A stretch of 63,392 bases of DNA, counting the filler, from Octopus bimaculoides (lineage: Eukaryota): the NCBI RefSeq assembly GCF_001194135.2. It is 7 parts of 6 records of this genome, joined end to end, with 100 filler letters (N's around TTAATTAATTAA, not from the genome) between each part and the next. Parts side by side here need not be neighbours in the genome. Positions count along the whole stretch, not along the records: positions 59,430 to 63,392 come from NC_068982.1; 6 more parts are not named here. The stretch is one strand, 5' to 3'. Under the pieces are notes generated by a model. It was not told the DNA's origin. It did not search any database and saw only the letters and a list, made by a program, of their open reading frames with translations. A program made the translations under genes and the position numbers. Of this stretch, positions 62,253 to 63,392 are shown in pieces; the stretch's first letter is position 1, and each line of letters starts with the position of its first letter.

Positions 62253-63367
62253 ATGGAATGTCAAGTTAAGAAAAACTAGCATTTTCGACACCTTTTTGCT
62301 TTGAATCAAGGTTCTAAGGCCACAAAAGATGCTCGCGACATTTGTGTTGTGTATGGAGAGGGTGCCATGGCTGAAAGAACCGCTCGTGATTGGTATGCCA
62401 AGTTCAAAAGTGGAAATTTTGACCCCAAAGACGCACCGCGTTCCGGCTGTCCAGTTGAGTTCGATGAAGAGTGATTAAACCAACTTTTGCACAATAATTC
62501 TCGTCATACGACAAGGAAACTGGCAGAGAAAATGGAATGCTCCCACACTACTTTAGAGAAGCATCTTCACTCGATGGGAAAGGTTCAGAAGTATGGAGCA
62601 TAGGTTCTGAATGCTTTAAGTGACAACAACAAAAATCAACGAGCCACAATTTCCGCTGGTCTGCTTGCTCGTCACCGCTCAACTCATGGACACAAGTAAC
62701 GATTTCTTTACCGAATCATTACTGGCGACGAAAAATGGTACCTGTACATTAATATGAAGCAGCGTAAGGAATGGCTTAGCCCCGGTAAACAAGTGGCACC
62801 GCGCGTGAAACAAGATTTTCATCCACGTACAACGATGTTGTGCGTATGATGGGACGGGGAAGGGATTATCCATTACGAATTGCTTGAACGGAATCAGACG
62901 GTCAGCGCGGAACACTATGTTCAACTGATGGAACGAATCAACACGGCTATTCAAGAGAAAAGACCTAATCGTCAGTATGGGGTTCTGCTACACGACAACG
63001 CCCGCCCTCATATCGCCAATATGACCAAGGAAGCCGTTCAAATACATGGCTGGGAAGTGCTACCACTCCCGCCGTACCCTCCTGATTTGGCACCAACGTA
63101 TTTCCACCTCTTTCGATCTCTTTCAACTGCTATGCGCGGAGTTTCGTTCAATACTTTTGCAGAATTGAGAGGTCGGTTGGATCAATTTTTCGAGTAGAAA
63201 TCGGGTGATTTCTACCAACGATGTATTGAAAATCTTGTCGAACATTGGGAAGAAGTTGTAAACAACAAGGGTGGATAAATTATTTATTAATTGGTTGTTA
63301 TTTTTTATTAAACCTTTTAAAAAATTTAAATTTAAAAAAACGGTAGAACCTAGTTGCCAACCTAATA
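62253..63367 (+). mobile_element. Near full-length inactive mariner transposon (transposase pseudogene 62253-63278)
   Basis: Single frame from MECQVKK through HTH (WYAKFKSG...PRSG), TGDEKW, HDNARPH and PPYPPDLAPT(D>Y)FHLF, with in-frame stops. 3' TIR cggtagaacctagttgccaacctaa+TA; 5' TIR not visible. Confidence 0.92.
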
Positions 63368-63392
63368 TTTACGTAATAGAAAAAAAAACAAT

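Overview
Eukaryotic, AT-rich, repeat-dominated genomic DNA from a draft assembly with many N gaps. Six gaps contain an artificial TTAATTAATTAA spacer. The SINE families, RTE tails and microsatellite density suggest an octopus (coleoid cephalopod); this is inferred, not shown. No prokaryotic features, CRISPR arrays, rRNA or true tRNA genes are visible. Most ORFs in the track are microsatellite or gap artefacts. Supportable content: (i) two phase-1/phase-1 EGF-like cysteine-rich exons on the minus strand (19169-19243 and 16818-17051), plus a decayed EGF-like exon upstream; (ii) retroelement remnants: Penelope-like with an adjacent hammerhead-like motif, two RTE LINEs, R4/Dong-like RLE LINE pieces, an L2/CR1-like 3' end, and many tRNA-derived SINEs; (iii) DNA transposon remnants: a near full-length dead mariner, Tc1/mariner MITEs, a Chapaev3-like transposase fragment and a CAC...GTG MITE; (iv) CpG-rich promoter-like patches (NRF1/ETS at 12.7 kb, RFX X-boxes at 47.8 and 52.8 kb); (v) heavily decayed coding-like segments, some cadherin-like. 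The most unusual structures are an inverted minisatellite foldback centred on telomeric repeats, short telomeric insertions inside transposons, a 13-bp minisatellite born inside an RTE coding region, a 65-66 bp degenerate repeat in the EGF-gene intron, several hammerhead-like motifs and a 446-bp nested hairpin. I cannot demonstrate a new biological system from sequence alone; candidates are ranked with tests.
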